From: Flavobacterium sp.
GTDB lineage: Bacteria; Bacteroidota; Bacteroidia; Flavobacteriales; Flavobacteriaceae
Direction of reading: 5' to 3'
DNA length: 64,000 nt
Assembly: GCF_031381455.1 (NCBI RefSeq)
Contig: NZ_JANMXZ010000048.1
Coordinates: forward strand, 16,972-80,971
Both the position numbers and the translations under genes were made by a program. The notes under the pieces were generated by a model, which ran no database searches, was not told the DNA's origin, and worked only from the letters and a program-made list of their open reading frames with translations. Shown here one piece after another: positions 18,109 through 28,495 of the stretch. Every line of letters starts with the position of its first letter. Within the stretch, counting starts at the first letter, position 1.

Positions 18109-20379
18109 ATGAGAAATTTTAAAAACTCTTTATTTTATATTTTCATTACAGGTGGATTTACCTATTTGATATATAGAATTGTTGAACAAGGAAAACTACT
18201 GGAAGTTGGCAGAAAAATAGTTTCTCCTTCATCAGATGATAGTCAATGGGTTCAGTTTCTTTCTTCATTATTTCACAATTTACAGCATCCATTAGCATTA
18301 TTACTATTCCAAATTATTACGATTGTTGTTGTTGCCAGAATTTTTGGTTGGATTTTTAGAAAAATTGGACAGCCTTCCGTTATTGGAGAAATCATTGCCG
18401 GTATTGTTCTTGGGCCATCACTTTTTGGACAGTATTTCCCGGATATGAAAGAAGCACTTTTCCCAGTGGCTTCACTTGGAAATCTTCAAATGTTGAGTCA
18501 GATTGGTTTGATACTTTTCATGTTTGTGATAGGCATGGAATTAGATTTGAAAGTCTTAAAAAACAAAGCCAACGAAGCAGTTGTAATCAGTCATGCGAGC
18601 ATTATAATTCCGTTTGCTTTGGGTATTGGATTATCCTATTATATCTATCATCAATTTGCACCGCCTGGTATAGAGTTTTTATCGTTTAGTTTGTTTATGG
18701 GAATTGCCATGAGCATCACGGCATTTCCGGTTTTGGCTCGAATTGTTCAAGAACGAGGCATTCATAAAACCCGATTAGGAACTATTGTTATCACGTGTGC
18801 TGCGGCCGATGATATTACTGCTTGGTGTATATTGGCAGCAGTTATTGCCATCGTAAAAGCAGGAAGTTTTGTGAGTGCGTTGTATGTTATTGGGTTAGCG
18901 GTTGCTTATGTTCTAATGATGCTGTTTGTAGTTAAACCATTCCTAAAACGAATTGGGGATTTATATGCCAAAAAAGATAATATTAAAAAATCGGTTGTAG
19001 CTATATTTTTCCTGACACTTATTGTATCTTCTTATTTGACTGAAATCATTGGTATTCATGCATTGTTTGGTGCTTTTATGACAGGTGTTATTATGCCAGA
19101 TATATCGAAATTCAGAAATGTTTTTATTGAAAAAGTAGAAGATGTTGCCCTGATTTTATTATTGCCATTGTTCTTTGTTTTCACTGGATTGCGAACAGAA
19201 ATAGGTTTAATAAACGAACCTTATTTGTGGAAAATTACTGGATTTATCATTTTAGTTGCTGTTGCCGGAAAATTCTTTGGAAGTGCTTTAGCGGCAAAAT
19301 TTGTTGGACAAAGTTGGCGCGATAGTTTAACTATTGGTGCTTTGATGAACACGCGTGGTTTGATGGAATTGGTTGTGTTAAACATTGGTTACGAATTGGG
19401 TGTGCTTTCGCCAAAAGTCTTTACGATGATGGTAATTATGGCGTTGGTTACTACTTTTATGACTGGTCCGGCGTTGGATATTATTAATTTTATTTTTAAA
19501 ACCAAAGATGCCATTATTCCTTCAGAGGTTAAAAAGAGTTCCGATTATAATATTCTTATTTCTTTTGGGAACAATCAGAAAGGAAAATCACTACTCCGTT
19601 TAGCAAACAGTCTTGTTAAAAAGCAACCCGATTCTGCAAATGTGACGGCTATGCATTTAACGGCAAGTGATGAAATGCACGCGTATAATTTGCAAGAATA
19701 TGAAACCCACACTTTTGAGCCTATTGTGAAAGAATCTCGAAAACTAGAACAACATATCACCACTATTTTCAAAGCAACCAACGATATTGAAACTGATATT
19801 GCTAACATTGCACATGAAGGGAAATATGATTTGGTATTGGTTGGTTTGGGGAAATCTATTTTTGAAGGAACCTTACTAGGGAAAGTGCTAGGATTTACCA
19901 CAAGAATTATCAATCCGGATAGATTATTGGATAAATTTAAAGGGAAAGAAGGATTGTTTGAAAATTCACCTTTTGATGACAGAACACGTTTGATAATTTC
20001 CAAAACCAAACCACCACTTGGCGTTTTGATTGATAAAGATCTGCATCAAATTGATAAAGTATTCGTTGGTATTTATAGCGTTGGCGATGTTTTTCTGATT
20101 GATTACGCCCAAAAATTAATATTCAATAATGATTCTCATGTTACGATTTTGGACAGTAACGGACATACTAAAAATAACTTTATTGTTGAAAATGCTTTAG
20201 CTGCTTTAGAACAAAATCATCCGGATAACATCGAAGTGTTACATCCTGATCAACTCAACAAACCATTTTTGGCTCAGCAAGATTTAATCGTTTTTAGTTT
20301 AGAAACTTGGAAAAAATTGGTTGATGACGAGGTTTCTTGGCTTACGGACATTCCTTCGGTTTTGATAATTAAGCCGTAA
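18109..20379 (+). CDS. cation:proton antiporter (CPA2/Kef-type) with long C-terminal soluble domain
   Basis: 756 aa with about 12 TM segments, GEIIAGIVLGPS and MNTRGLMELVVLNIG blocks, and a C-terminal ~300-aa cytoplasmic extension. Confidence 0.8.
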   Translation: MRNFKNSLFYIFITGGFTYLIYRIVEQGKLLEVGRKIVSPSSDDSQWVQFLSSLFHNLQHPLALLLFQIITIVVVARIFGWIFRKIGQPSVIGEIIAGIVLGPSLFGQYFPDMKEALFPVASLGNLQMLSQIGLILFMFVIGMELDLKVLKNKANEAVVISHASIIIPFALGIGLSYYIYHQFAPPGIEFLSFSLFMGIAMSITAFPVLARIVQERGIHKTRLGTIVITCAAADDITAWCILAAVIAIVKAGSFVSALYVIGLAVAYVLMMLFVVKPFLKRIGDLYAKKDNIKKSVVAIFFLTLIVSSYLTEIIGIHALFGAFMTGVIMPDISKFRNVFIEKVEDVALILLLPLFFVFTGLRTEIGLINEPYLWKITGFIILVAVAGKFFGSALAAKFVGQSWRDSLTIGALMNTRGLMELVVLNIGYELGVLSPKVFTMMVIMALVTTFMTGPALDIINFIFKTKDAIIPSEVKKSSDYNILISFGNNQKGKSLLRLANSLVKKQPDSANVTAMHLTASDEMHAYNLQEYETHTFEPIVKESRKLEQHITTIFKATNDIETDIANIAHEGKYDLVLVGLGKSIFEGTLLGKVLGFTTRIINPDRLLDKFKGKEGLFENSPFDDRTRLIISKTKPPLGVLIDKDLHQIDKVFVGIYSVGDVFLIDYAQKLIFNNDSHVTILDSNGHTKNNFIVENALAALEQNHPDNIEVLHPDQLNKPFLAQQDLIVFSLETWKKLVDDEVSWLTDIPSVLIIKP

Positions 20380-22863
20380 TTAAAATCCAAAATCAAAAAC
20401 AAAACTTAGTTTGACCGCTAAGTTATCTTCAAATCGAGGCAGTTGGTTTGGGCCATATCTGTAAAATCCAGTTAATCCAAAACCTTTATAAATTTGATTC
20501 AATTCGATACCCGATTCAAAGAAACCTTGGTCTAAAGTTTTGTATGCAATGCCAACGTGACGTTCAGGATGTTGCAGATTTCCCCATGCCATTCGTGTTA
20601 CTAAAACCATTGATGGCTTCACTTTTTTTAACAATTCCAGTCTTTTTAATCCATGTTTGAATTGAAGCATCACAAATTCACTCGAAAAGAATTCATTGAA
20701 ATAAATCGTCTCAAAACTGTTTTTTCCAGCAATGGTTATTCTTTGTAAAAGATTGTCTTTGGTCAGATTATTTGGTGAAGTATTGTACAAGTGCGTGATT
20801 GGAAGTGCTCCAAAAGCATAACCTGCTTGTAGTAAAACAGTCGATTTTTGTCCGTTTAAATATTTTTTTTCATACTCAATTCGGGCATCAACTTTTCCAA
20901 AATTAAAATCATTAGCAAAGAAATTTGGCAGCGATTTAGTAAACTGAAATGCGAACTTTGGGTATCGTTTTTCATATTCAATTTTACCATTTGGTGTTTG
21001 CATAAGATCGCTAAAAGGATTCCATTGTATAGAAAACATTGCCGTTGTCATCGTAAAATCACTATACAAATGATTATTATAATTGAAAGTGTAATTAAAC
21101 AACGGACTTATTTCGCTATGTGAAAGCTGCCAAATAGTTTCTGTTTTTGGAATAATTTTGGTTTCAATATAGCCACGCCACGTTTTGTGATTATAGAAAG
21201 TACTGATGTTGATTGGCCGAGGATCATAGAGTTTAAAAACCCTTTTGTCTGTAGCAAAACTGGTACTCGCAATCTCGCGAACATCGTCAGTATACGAACC
21301 ACCAATCCAAGTGTTGGAAAAATTACCAATTCTAAAAGCCGTTCCTAAATTGTACTTTATGTTTTCATCTTTCAAGCCATACGCTGTATAGCCTTCAATA
21401 CGAAGTTTTTTCGAAAAAGCATCATTGGTAATACCGCCAATTCCAACGCGAAATCCTTCATAATTATTATAACTCAAAAGATAACGCAAATCAAAATCAA
21501 ACGGACCAAATGGCACATAACCATTGATAATTTTTCTGCCAAATTTGATTTTTTTCTCTATATTTTGTTTAGTTATGATACTGTCTAAGACGACATAAGT
21601 TCTCTCGCTTCTCGTGTCCAAACTATCCATTCTGTTTTGGTTCCAAAAAGCGTCGTCTCTTTTGTTGGCATTATCTTTAACTTCAATGGCAACAAAAGAT
21701 TTTTTAATTTTCAGATTGTTATTCACCGCTATATCAAAAGCTTGCATTTCGGAAGAAAGATAAGTGAAATCGGAAGCCGCTTTTTTCGAATTGGTATCAT
21801 CATTTTCGGCAGCAAATTCAATTCGACCGCCCAAAATTTTGGTAGGCTCTTTACTTTTTCCTTTGACTATTTTAAAGTTTTTCCGAATAGGAAACCAAAT
21901 TTTTTCTTCGGGCAAATAGGTAAATTCGTGAATTCCGGTAATGTCTAAAACGCCACGAATTCGCATCACCGCTTTAGCGATAGCATTGTTTTCTTGGTCA
22001 ACATATAGTAAGCCTTCCAAGCCTTTCTTGTTTTTATTTTTAAAATATAAAACAAACACCTGTCGATTGTCAATTGAAGTTGTGTCAAGAATTTTATACC
22101 GATATTCTTTGAGGGCTGCATTGGAAATTGGGCTTTTGTACTTGGTTTCAAAAAGCTCGTATTTATCATCATAAATAGAAAATGACTGCAGACTAAATCC
22201 TAAAAACTCATAAATAGGTTCTTTAAAACCAGCCATTTTGGTGCCCAAAATAGTTTCTTTTAGTATTGGTTTTTCAAACTGAAATTGTGATACTTTTTCG
22301 GTTAGAAACAAATGTTGTTTGTCAATAATTTTCTTAAACTTATAATCGGACGAATCTATTTTGGCAATTTTATCTTTGGAAACTGCATTCACAAAAACGG
22401 TATCAATTTTCCCGACAATTGAGTCAGGATTTGCTGTCACCAATAATTTAGTATACGATTTGAATTGAAAACTATTCAATTTTTTTTGCGGATTGTTGTT
22501 TTCTTTTTCTCTGATTACCTTGGCAATAATGGCATTTGCAGGATTTATATTTGAAATGCTTACTTCCTTCAGCACATCAATTTTTGGTAAAAGATAAAGC
22601 GTAAAAAAAGTTTTTATCTCGAATAGCGAAATGGTTTTTGATTCATAGCCAACATAGGAAACCGTCAATGTTTCGGGTTGTGATGCCAAAAGAAAATTGA
22701 ACTTCCCATCAACATCGGCAATAGTAGAAAAGCCATTCTCGGTTTTTATAGTGGCAAACGGAAGCGCTTTTTTTGTTTCAGAATCTTTTATAATTCCATT
22801 GACTTGGAATTGTGCTTGTAGCGACAGCGTGAAAAATAAAAATAGTAGAAATAGTCGCTTCAT
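20380..22863 (-). CDS. CarboxypepD_reg-like plus DUF5686-like outer-membrane protein
   Basis: 827 aa with a signal peptide and N-terminal VNGIIKDSETKKALPFATI...DVDGKFNF. The C-terminus is beta-barrel-like and ends FVFDFGF. Confidence 0.6.
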   Translation of the reverse strand: MKRLFLLFLFFTLSLQAQFQVNGIIKDSETKKALPFATIKTENGFSTIADVDGKFNFLLASQPETLTVSYVGYESKTISLFEIKTFFTLYLLPKIDVLKEVSISNINPANAIIAKVIREKENNNPQKKLNSFQFKSYTKLLVTANPDSIVGKIDTVFVNAVSKDKIAKIDSSDYKFKKIIDKQHLFLTEKVSQFQFEKPILKETILGTKMAGFKEPIYEFLGFSLQSFSIYDDKYELFETKYKSPISNAALKEYRYKILDTTSIDNRQVFVLYFKNKNKKGLEGLLYVDQENNAIAKAVMRIRGVLDITGIHEFTYLPEEKIWFPIRKNFKIVKGKSKEPTKILGGRIEFAAENDDTNSKKAASDFTYLSSEMQAFDIAVNNNLKIKKSFVAIEVKDNANKRDDAFWNQNRMDSLDTRSERTYVVLDSIITKQNIEKKIKFGRKIINGYVPFGPFDFDLRYLLSYNNYEGFRVGIGGITNDAFSKKLRIEGYTAYGLKDENIKYNLGTAFRIGNFSNTWIGGSYTDDVREIASTSFATDKRVFKLYDPRPINISTFYNHKTWRGYIETKIIPKTETIWQLSHSEISPLFNYTFNYNNHLYSDFTMTTAMFSIQWNPFSDLMQTPNGKIEYEKRYPKFAFQFTKSLPNFFANDFNFGKVDARIEYEKKYLNGQKSTVLLQAGYAFGALPITHLYNTSPNNLTKDNLLQRITIAGKNSFETIYFNEFFSSEFVMLQFKHGLKRLELLKKVKPSMVLVTRMAWGNLQHPERHVGIAYKTLDQGFFESGIELNQIYKGFGLTGFYRYGPNQLPRFEDNLAVKLSFVFDFGF

Positions 22864-22900
22864 TTGAAAGTAATTGGCAGCAATGATTTGACAAAAATAG

Positions 22901-22938
22901 GAATAAAAAAATCCGTCTCGATGTATCAGGACGGATTT
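22901..22938 (-). terminator. intrinsic terminator after frr
   Basis: aaatccgtc...gacggattt stem followed on the minus strand by a T run. Confidence 0.6.
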
Positions 22939-22956
22939 AATATTGAATTAATAAAG

Positions 22957-23517
22957 TTACACTTTCATGATTTCGGCTTCTTTGATAGTCAAATGTTCAT
23001 CCACTTTTCGGATAAAACCATCCGTCAGTTTTTGAATGTCTTCTTCAGCAGATTTACAAATGTCTTCAGAAGTTCCTTCTTTTTCTAATTTCTTGATATC
23101 AGTGTTGGCATCTTTACGCGCATTTCGAATACTAATTTTAGCATCTTCTGCTTCTGATTTTGCTTGCTTTACCAAATCGCGTCTTCTTTCTTCAGTTAAA
23201 GGCGGAACGCTTATGATTATATTTTCACCATTATTCATTGGATTGAAGCCAATATTTGCCACCATAATTGCTTTTTCTATGGGCTGCAACATACTTTTTT
23301 CATACGGTTGAATGGTAATCGTTCGGGCATCTGGAACATTCACATTGGAAACTTGAGATAATGGTGTTTGAGAACCATAATAGTCTACAAAAACACTACC
23401 CAACATTTGTGGTGATGCTTTTCCGGCGCGTATGTTTAAAAATTCTTTTTCTAAATGTGCAATAGAACCAACCATTGATTCTTTTGTACTGTCTAAAATA
23501 AATTCTATTTCTTCCAT
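22957..23517 (-). CDS. frr: ribosome recycling factor
   Basis: 186 aa with typical RRF sequence (LNIRAGKASPQML, PPLTEERRRDLVK). Confidence 0.95.
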   Translation of the reverse strand: MEEIEFILDSTKESMVGSIAHLEKEFLNIRAGKASPQMLGSVFVDYYGSQTPLSQVSNVNVPDARTITIQPYEKSMLQPIEKAIMVANIGFNPMNNGENIIISVPPLTEERRRDLVKQAKSEAEDAKISIRNARKDANTDIKKLEKEGTSEDICKSAEEDIQKLTDGFIRKVDEHLTIKEAEIMKV

Positions 23518-23586
23518 TTTATTTGGTTTATGGTTTTGGGTTTGTGGTTTTGGGTTAACAATAAACTATAAACAACAAACTATAAA

Positions 23587-24294
23587 CTATATTTTCACAA
23601 CGGTTCCAACATTTTCTCCGCTGCAAATTTTCAATAAATTTCCTTTTTTATTCATATCAAAAACCACAATTGGCAATGCGTTTTCCTGACTTAAAGTAAA
23701 TGCCGTTGAATCCATAACGTTCAATCCTTTTTTGATAACGTCATCAAAAGTAATGCTTTCGAATTTTACGGCATTGGTGTTTTTTTCAGGATCAGAATCA
23801 TAAATTCCATCAACACGTGTTCCTTTCAAAATCACATCAGCATGCACTTCAACGCCACGAAGAACCGCAGCAGTATCAGTAGTAAAATAAGGGTTTCCTG
23901 TTCCCGCACCAAAAATAACAATTCTTCCTTTTTCAAGATGACGCACCGCTCTTCTTTTGATATAAGGCTCGGCAATCGCTTCAATTTTTAAAGCCGTTTG
24001 CAAACGTGTCAACATTCCTTTGTCTTCCAATGCGCCTTGTAAAGCCATTCCGTTGATAACTGTTGCCAACATTCCCATATAATCGCCTTGAACTCTATCC
24101 ATACCGTTACTGGCTCCGGCAATTCCTCTAAAGATATTTCCACCACCAATAACAATGGCAATTTCTACACCTTTATTATGAATTTCTTTAATTTCATCAG
24201 CATATTCAGCAAGACGTTTTGGGTCAATTCCATACTGTCTGTCGCCCATTAAAGCTTCACCACTTAGTTTTAGAAGAATTCTTTTGTATTTCAT
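23587..24294 (-). CDS. pyrH: UMP kinase
   Basis: 235 aa with [22 protein letters not shown] and TTDTAAVLR. Confidence 0.95.
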   Translation of the reverse strand: MKYKRILLKLSGEALMGDRQYGIDPKRLAEYADEIKEIHNKGVEIAIVIGGGNIFRGIAGASNGMDRVQGDYMGMLATVINGMALQGALEDKGMLTRLQTALKIEAIAEPYIKRRAVRHLEKGRIVIFGAGTGNPYFTTDTAAVLRGVEVHADVILKGTRVDGIYDSDPEKNTNAVKFESITFDDVIKKGLNVMDSTAFTLSQENALPIVVFDMNKKGNLLKICSGENVGTVVKI

Positions 24295-24337
24295 TGGTAT
24301 GTCCTTTTTAATTTAAAATTTGACTGAGACTATAAAG

Positions 24338-24374
24338 CCGAATGTCCACTGGACATTCTCCTCTTAATATCAAA
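24338..24374. repeat. 37-nt interspersed repeat, copy 1 (ccgaatgtccactggacattctcctcttaatatcaaa)
   Basis: Identical 37/37 to 31737-31773. Contains hairpin gaatgtcc-act-ggacattc. Confidence 0.9.
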
Positions 24375-24495
24375 AGTGATGCAAATATAAACATATTCTC
24401 TTTTTTTATGGTATTTGGTAAAAAGAATGTTAACCAACAATTATCATGTTTTTTGACATGTGGGTTTTGTAACTTCGCAGCATCAAAATGCAGTT

Positions 24496-25098
24496 ATGAA
24501 ATCGATTATAGAAAAAAGCCTTTTGCAAAGTCACAGTTACACGGATTATAGAAATCAAATCAAAGCCTTATTAAATGAAGGGAAATCAACAGGCAACGAA
24601 CAATCGGAAGCATTGACACATTACAGCGAACTGAACGAAACCAGAATGAATCGTTTAGAGAAAACGATTGTAATTGCAGATGAAAATGTGCAAAAACTGC
24701 AGCGTTTACAAAAGGAATATATTTGGTTAGTCATTTCCGAAGGTTGGTGTGGCGATGCAGCGCAGCTTCTTCCTATCATTTATAAAATGGCACAACTCTC
24801 AGAAAATATAGAATTAAAAATCGCTTTTCGCGATGAAAATGATGACTTGATGAATTTGTTTTTAACCAATGGCACTAAGTCAATTCCGAAGTTAATTATT
24901 CTTGATAAAAACACCTTAGAAGTTTTGGGTGATTTCGGACCAAGACCAATTGGCGCAACACAATTAATTTTGGATTATAAAAAGCAATACGGACTAATTG
25001 ACGAAAAAGGGAAAACCGATTTGCAACTTTGGTATTTGCACGACAAAGGATTATCGACTCAAAAGGAAATAATAGATTTAATAAATGCTTTGGAATAA
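24496..25098 (+). CDS. thioredoxin-fold family protein
   Basis: About 200 aa with the thioredoxin-like block ISEGWCGDAAQ (single Cys). I prefer the internal ATG at 24496. Confidence 0.6.
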   Translation: MKSIIEKSLLQSHSYTDYRNQIKALLNEGKSTGNEQSEALTHYSELNETRMNRLEKTIVIADENVQKLQRLQKEYIWLVISEGWCGDAAQLLPIIYKMAQLSENIELKIAFRDENDDLMNLFLTNGTKSIPKLIILDKNTLEVLGDFGPRPIGATQLILDYKKQYGLIDEKGKTDLQLWYLHDKGLSTQKEIIDLINALE

Positions 25099-25668
25099 TT
25101 ATTTAAAATTGTAGGTCAATCCAAGGCAGAAGCTACCTATTTTTTCATCTGTGATTTTGCTGAAACCGTATTGACAAAGTTCTATATACAAACCAATCCC
25201 ACCATTATCGGGTTCTTCAATTCCCAAGCTTATTTTTTTAAAATAACCGGCTAATTTATCTTTCCCGAGAGCAAAAGATCTTCCAAAACCGGCTTCTACA
25301 AAATAGCGTAAATCCATTCCGCCTCTTGGACAAATTTTGAGTGATCCAAATACGGGTGCCACCACTAAACATTTACTGCCTTTCCAATCAATTCCTAAAT
25401 TCGCACCAATGCCAATCCAGTCGACTGGCTTCACGCCAAATCCAAATCGGGCGTTAATTCCGTCAGGTAAAAACCAATATTCACTTTCACCTGTGTAAGG
25501 ATCGATTTCTCCGGCATATTGATTGGCTTTTATAGGAACCGAAAAGTCTAATTTTGCATACGAATGTCTAGGCTCTTTTACGTCTGTTTGTTTTGGTGTT
25601 TCCTGTGAATAACCAAGGCAGCAAAAAAATAAGATGGATAATAATACATAAACTCTCATAATCTTCAA
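25099..25668 (-). CDS. hypothetical outer-membrane beta-barrel protein
   Basis: 189 aa with a signal peptide and a C-terminal LGLTYNFK strand ending. Confidence 0.5.
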   Translation of the reverse strand: MKIMRVYVLLSILFFCCLGYSQETPKQTDVKEPRHSYAKLDFSVPIKANQYAGEIDPYTGESEYWFLPDGINARFGFGVKPVDWIGIGANLGIDWKGSKCLVVAPVFGSLKICPRGGMDLRYFVEAGFGRSFALGKDKLAGYFKKISLGIEEPDNGGIGLYIELCQYGFSKITDEKIGSFCLGLTYNFK

Positions 25669-25670
25669 TA

Positions 25671-26351
25671 TTATTTCTCGAATTCTTCCGGAGAAATACC
25701 GTTTTCAACAGAGAAATCTCCAATTTTTGTTCGGCGTAAAGCGGATAAATGCGCTCCAGAATTTAGTGCTTTCCCAAAGTCAAAAGCAAGTGAACGAATG
25801 TATGTTCCTTTGCTACAAACTACTCTGAATTCTATTTTAGGCATATCAAATTTAGTAATTTCAAATTCATATATGGTAGTTTTTCTGGAAGAAATTTCAA
25901 CTTCTTCTCCTGCACGGGCGTGTTCGTATAATCGTTTCCCATCTTTTTTTATGGCAGAGAAAACGGGCGGTTTTTGGTCAATTTCACCAACGAATTGTTT
26001 TACCGTTTCCTGAATTAATTCAGATGTAATATGTTCTGATGGAAAAGTAGCGTCAACTTCGGTTTCTAAATCATAGGAAGGCGTTGTTGCACCAACAGTA
26101 ATTGTTCCGGTATATTCTTTTGCTTGCGCCTGAATTTCTGTAATTCGTTTGGTAAATTTTCCGGTGCAAACAATCAGTAAGCCTGTCGCCAATGGATCTA
26201 AAGTGCCTGCATGACCAATTTTGAATTTTTTAGGAAGATTGTATTTGCGTTTTAAAATGTACTTCAATTTATTCACCGCCTGAAACGAAGACCAAGTCAA
26301 AGGTTTGTCAATCAAAAGGATTTGACCTTCTAAAAAGTCTTCGGAAGTCAT
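25671..26351 (-). CDS. truB: tRNA pseudouridine(55) synthase
   Basis: GHAGTLDPLATGLL catalytic Asp block, 226 aa. Confidence 0.9.
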   Translation of the reverse strand: MTSEDFLEGQILLIDKPLTWSSFQAVNKLKYILKRKYNLPKKFKIGHAGTLDPLATGLLIVCTGKFTKRITEIQAQAKEYTGTITVGATTPSYDLETEVDATFPSEHITSELIQETVKQFVGEIDQKPPVFSAIKKDGKRLYEHARAGEEVEISSRKTTIYEFEITKFDMPKIEFRVVCSKGTYIRSLAFDFGKALNSGAHLSALRRTKIGDFSVENGISPEEFEK

Positions 26352-27148
26352 TAGATTGTCGTTAATTTCATGATGCAGAAATGAATAATCAGAATAGCTA
26401 AACCAGCTACAATTCGGTAATAACCAAACATTTTAAAACCATGTTTAGATAAATATCCAATGAAAGATTTGATAGCTAACATTGCTACAATAAAGGCTAC
26501 AACATTTCCAATAATCAAAAAGTTAATCTGATCGGGGTTTAAGTCAAAACCGTCTTTATAATAATCATAACATTTTTTAACTGTCGCGCCAAGCATTGTT
26601 GGAACCGCCAAGAAAAATGAAAATTCAGCCGCAGTTTTTCGAGATAATTTTTGTGACATTCCACCAATGATACTCGCCCCACTTCGGGAAACTCCTGGAA
26701 TCATAGCCAAACATTGGAACAAACCAATTTTTAAAGCTGTAGCATAACTTATTTTTTCAGTTTCCTGAGTTTCCTCTTTTTGTGTAAACCAATCATCAAC
26801 TTTTAATAAAATGATTCCACCAAGTACTAACGAAACTGCAACAGTTACCGGATTTTCCAACAAAGCATCAATCTTTTTGCTGAAAAGCAATCCAAAAACA
26901 ACAGCCGGAATAAAGGCAACTAAAAGTTTAAAGTAAAAATCGAGTGTTTGAAAAAATCGCTTGAAGTATAAAACAACCACCGAAAGTATCGCGCCAAGCT
27001 GAATCACGACAGTAAATAATTTGGTAAAATCGTCATGAGCAATGCCAAAAAATGACGAAGCAATAATCATATGACCAGTTGAAGAAATCGGAAGAAATTC
27101 AGTTATTCCTTCAATAATGGCTAGTACAATAGCCTGTAAATAATCCAT
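26351..27148 (-). CDS. uppP: undecaprenyl-diphosphate phosphatase
   Basis: [14 protein letters not shown] and PGVSRSG motifs, 265 aa, about 8 TM segments. Confidence 0.9.
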   Translation of the reverse strand: MDYLQAIVLAIIEGITEFLPISSTGHMIIASSFFGIAHDDFTKLFTVVIQLGAILSVVVLYFKRFFQTLDFYFKLLVAFIPAVVFGLLFSKKIDALLENPVTVAVSLVLGGIILLKVDDWFTQKEETQETEKISYATALKIGLFQCLAMIPGVSRSGASIIGGMSQKLSRKTAAEFSFFLAVPTMLGATVKKCYDYYKDGFDLNPDQINFLIIGNVVAFIVAMLAIKSFIGYLSKHGFKMFGYYRIVAGLAILIIHFCIMKLTTI

Positions 27149-27390
27149 TATTTAGCTTTAGATTTTTTGAAAATAGAATAAATCGTAATTCCAAAACCGA
27201 TTAAAACTACGGTTGGTGCCAAACGAATTCTTCTAAAACTGAAAACATCTTCGCTAAAAACGGTTGGGTCATCGCTTCCGCCGCCACTCATCAAAATAAA
27301 CCCTAAAGCGATAACTCCAATCCCAATCAACAGGATTTTATAGTTTCCCTTTTCAAAAAGAAAATCAGGTTTTTGCTCGTTGTTTTTCAT
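27148..27390 (-). CDS. small two-TM membrane protein (DUF3098-like)
   Basis: 80 aa with two TM segments. The position between ftsX and uppP is typical of Flavobacteriia. Confidence 0.55.
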   Translation of the reverse strand: MKNNEQKPDFLFEKGNYKILLIGIGVIALGFILMSGGGSDDPTVFSEDVFSFRRIRLAPTVVLIGFGITIYSIFKKSKAK

Positions 27391-27444
27391 ATTGTCATTG
27401 CGAGGAACGACGCAATCTCGTCCTCTTTTTAAGTTTATAATTTC

Positions 27445-28320
27445 TTAATAAAGATCATCAGTTCTCAAATTCAAAAAGCGCTGTGTAGCAAAGTAAGTGC
27501 TTATCCATGTAATCACAACACCTAGAACCAAAACACTCAGAAGAACTACTGTAATAGCTAATTTATCTTCTATTATGCCAAGATTTGGGAACGTAGTTTG
27601 AATATAAACTAATACGCCAATCAAAGCAAATATGGCTAATGCAGAACCAATCAATCCCAGAAAAACGCTGCGTTGAATAAATGGTTTTCTGATAAATGAT
27701 TTGGTTGCGCCAACCATTTGCATGGTTTTAATAATAAATCGGTTAGCGAAGATTGATAAACGCAATGAACTATTGATTAGTAATACCGAAACAAAGGCAA
27801 AAACACAACTGATAATCAAAATCCACATACTGATATTCTTGATGTTATCATTGACTAAAGTTACTAGTTGCTTATCATAAACGATATCGGCAATCATTTC
27901 GTTTTTGCGTAGTCGATTTTCAATTTTAGCAATGCCGGCATTGGTAACATAATCGGCTTTCAAGTGAATGTCAAAAGAATTCTGAAGTGGATTAACACCT
28001 AAAAACTGCATAAAATCCTCGCCAATTACTTTCATGTGTTTTTTAGCGGCTGCTTCTTTCGAGACATATTCAAAAGATTTTGCAAATTTTGCCGTTTTCA
28101 ATTCACTTGTAAAAGCGGTTATTGTTGAATCAGATGCTTCTGTTTTAAAGAAAACAGTCATCGCGATTTCTTCTTTGAAATTGTCTGATAATCGTTTGGA
28201 ATTGATTACAAACAGTCCCAAAATCCCCAATAAAAACAACACTAAAAAGATACTCAACACGACCGAAAAATAGGAAGTAATAACTCTGCGTTTCTGGAAC
28301 TTTTCAAATGATGATAACAT
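27445..28320 (-). CDS. ftsX: cell division protein FtsX (permease-like)
   Basis: About 291 aa from the internal ATG, with an N-terminal TM, a periplasmic domain and a C-terminal 3-TM FtsX-like bundle (MQMVGATKSFIRKPF). Confidence 0.8.
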   Translation of the reverse strand: MLSSFEKFQKRRVITSYFSVVLSIFLVLFLLGILGLFVINSKRLSDNFKEEIAMTVFFKTEASDSTITAFTSELKTAKFAKSFEYVSKEAAAKKHMKVIGEDFMQFLGVNPLQNSFDIHLKADYVTNAGIAKIENRLRKNEMIADIVYDKQLVTLVNDNIKNISMWILIISCVFAFVSVLLINSSLRLSIFANRFIIKTMQMVGATKSFIRKPFIQRSVFLGLIGSALAIFALIGVLVYIQTTFPNLGIIEDKLAITVVLLSVLVLGVVITWISTYFATQRFLNLRTDDLY

Positions 28321-28440
28321 AAATGGTTTTTTGATGTGGTAAAAATAATAAAGAAAATTGTTTTTCTTCTTTATAACGTACAAACTTTTAACTTTATTAT
28401 AATAAACGTAAATTTGCCGCTTAAATTTCTTTTGCGCACT

Positions 28441-28473
28441 ACACCTGTCAGGTTTTTAAAACCTGACAGGTGT
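28441..28473. repeat. perfect palindrome acacctgtcaggttt-tta-aaacctgacaggtgt
   Basis: 15-bp arms in the divergent ftsX/leuS intergenic region. It is related to the palindrome at 62925-62960. Confidence 0.85.
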
Positions 28474-28495
28474 AAAAAAACAATAAAAAAGAGTA

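Noticed and set aside
24342-24551. ORFs beginning MSTGHSPLNIK (also 31741-31902)
   Set aside because: The shared N-terminus is encoded by the identical 37-nt interspersed repeat and the downstream sequences are unrelated. The real genes start at the internal ATGs 24496 and 31903.
28384-28495. T-box or leader-peptide control of leuS (also checked upstream of tyrS at 44563-44761 and asnS at 15443-15501)
   Set aside because: There is no specifier hairpin or T-box sequence, no amino-acid-biased uORF, and no leader terminator. These regions contain only interspersed repeats.
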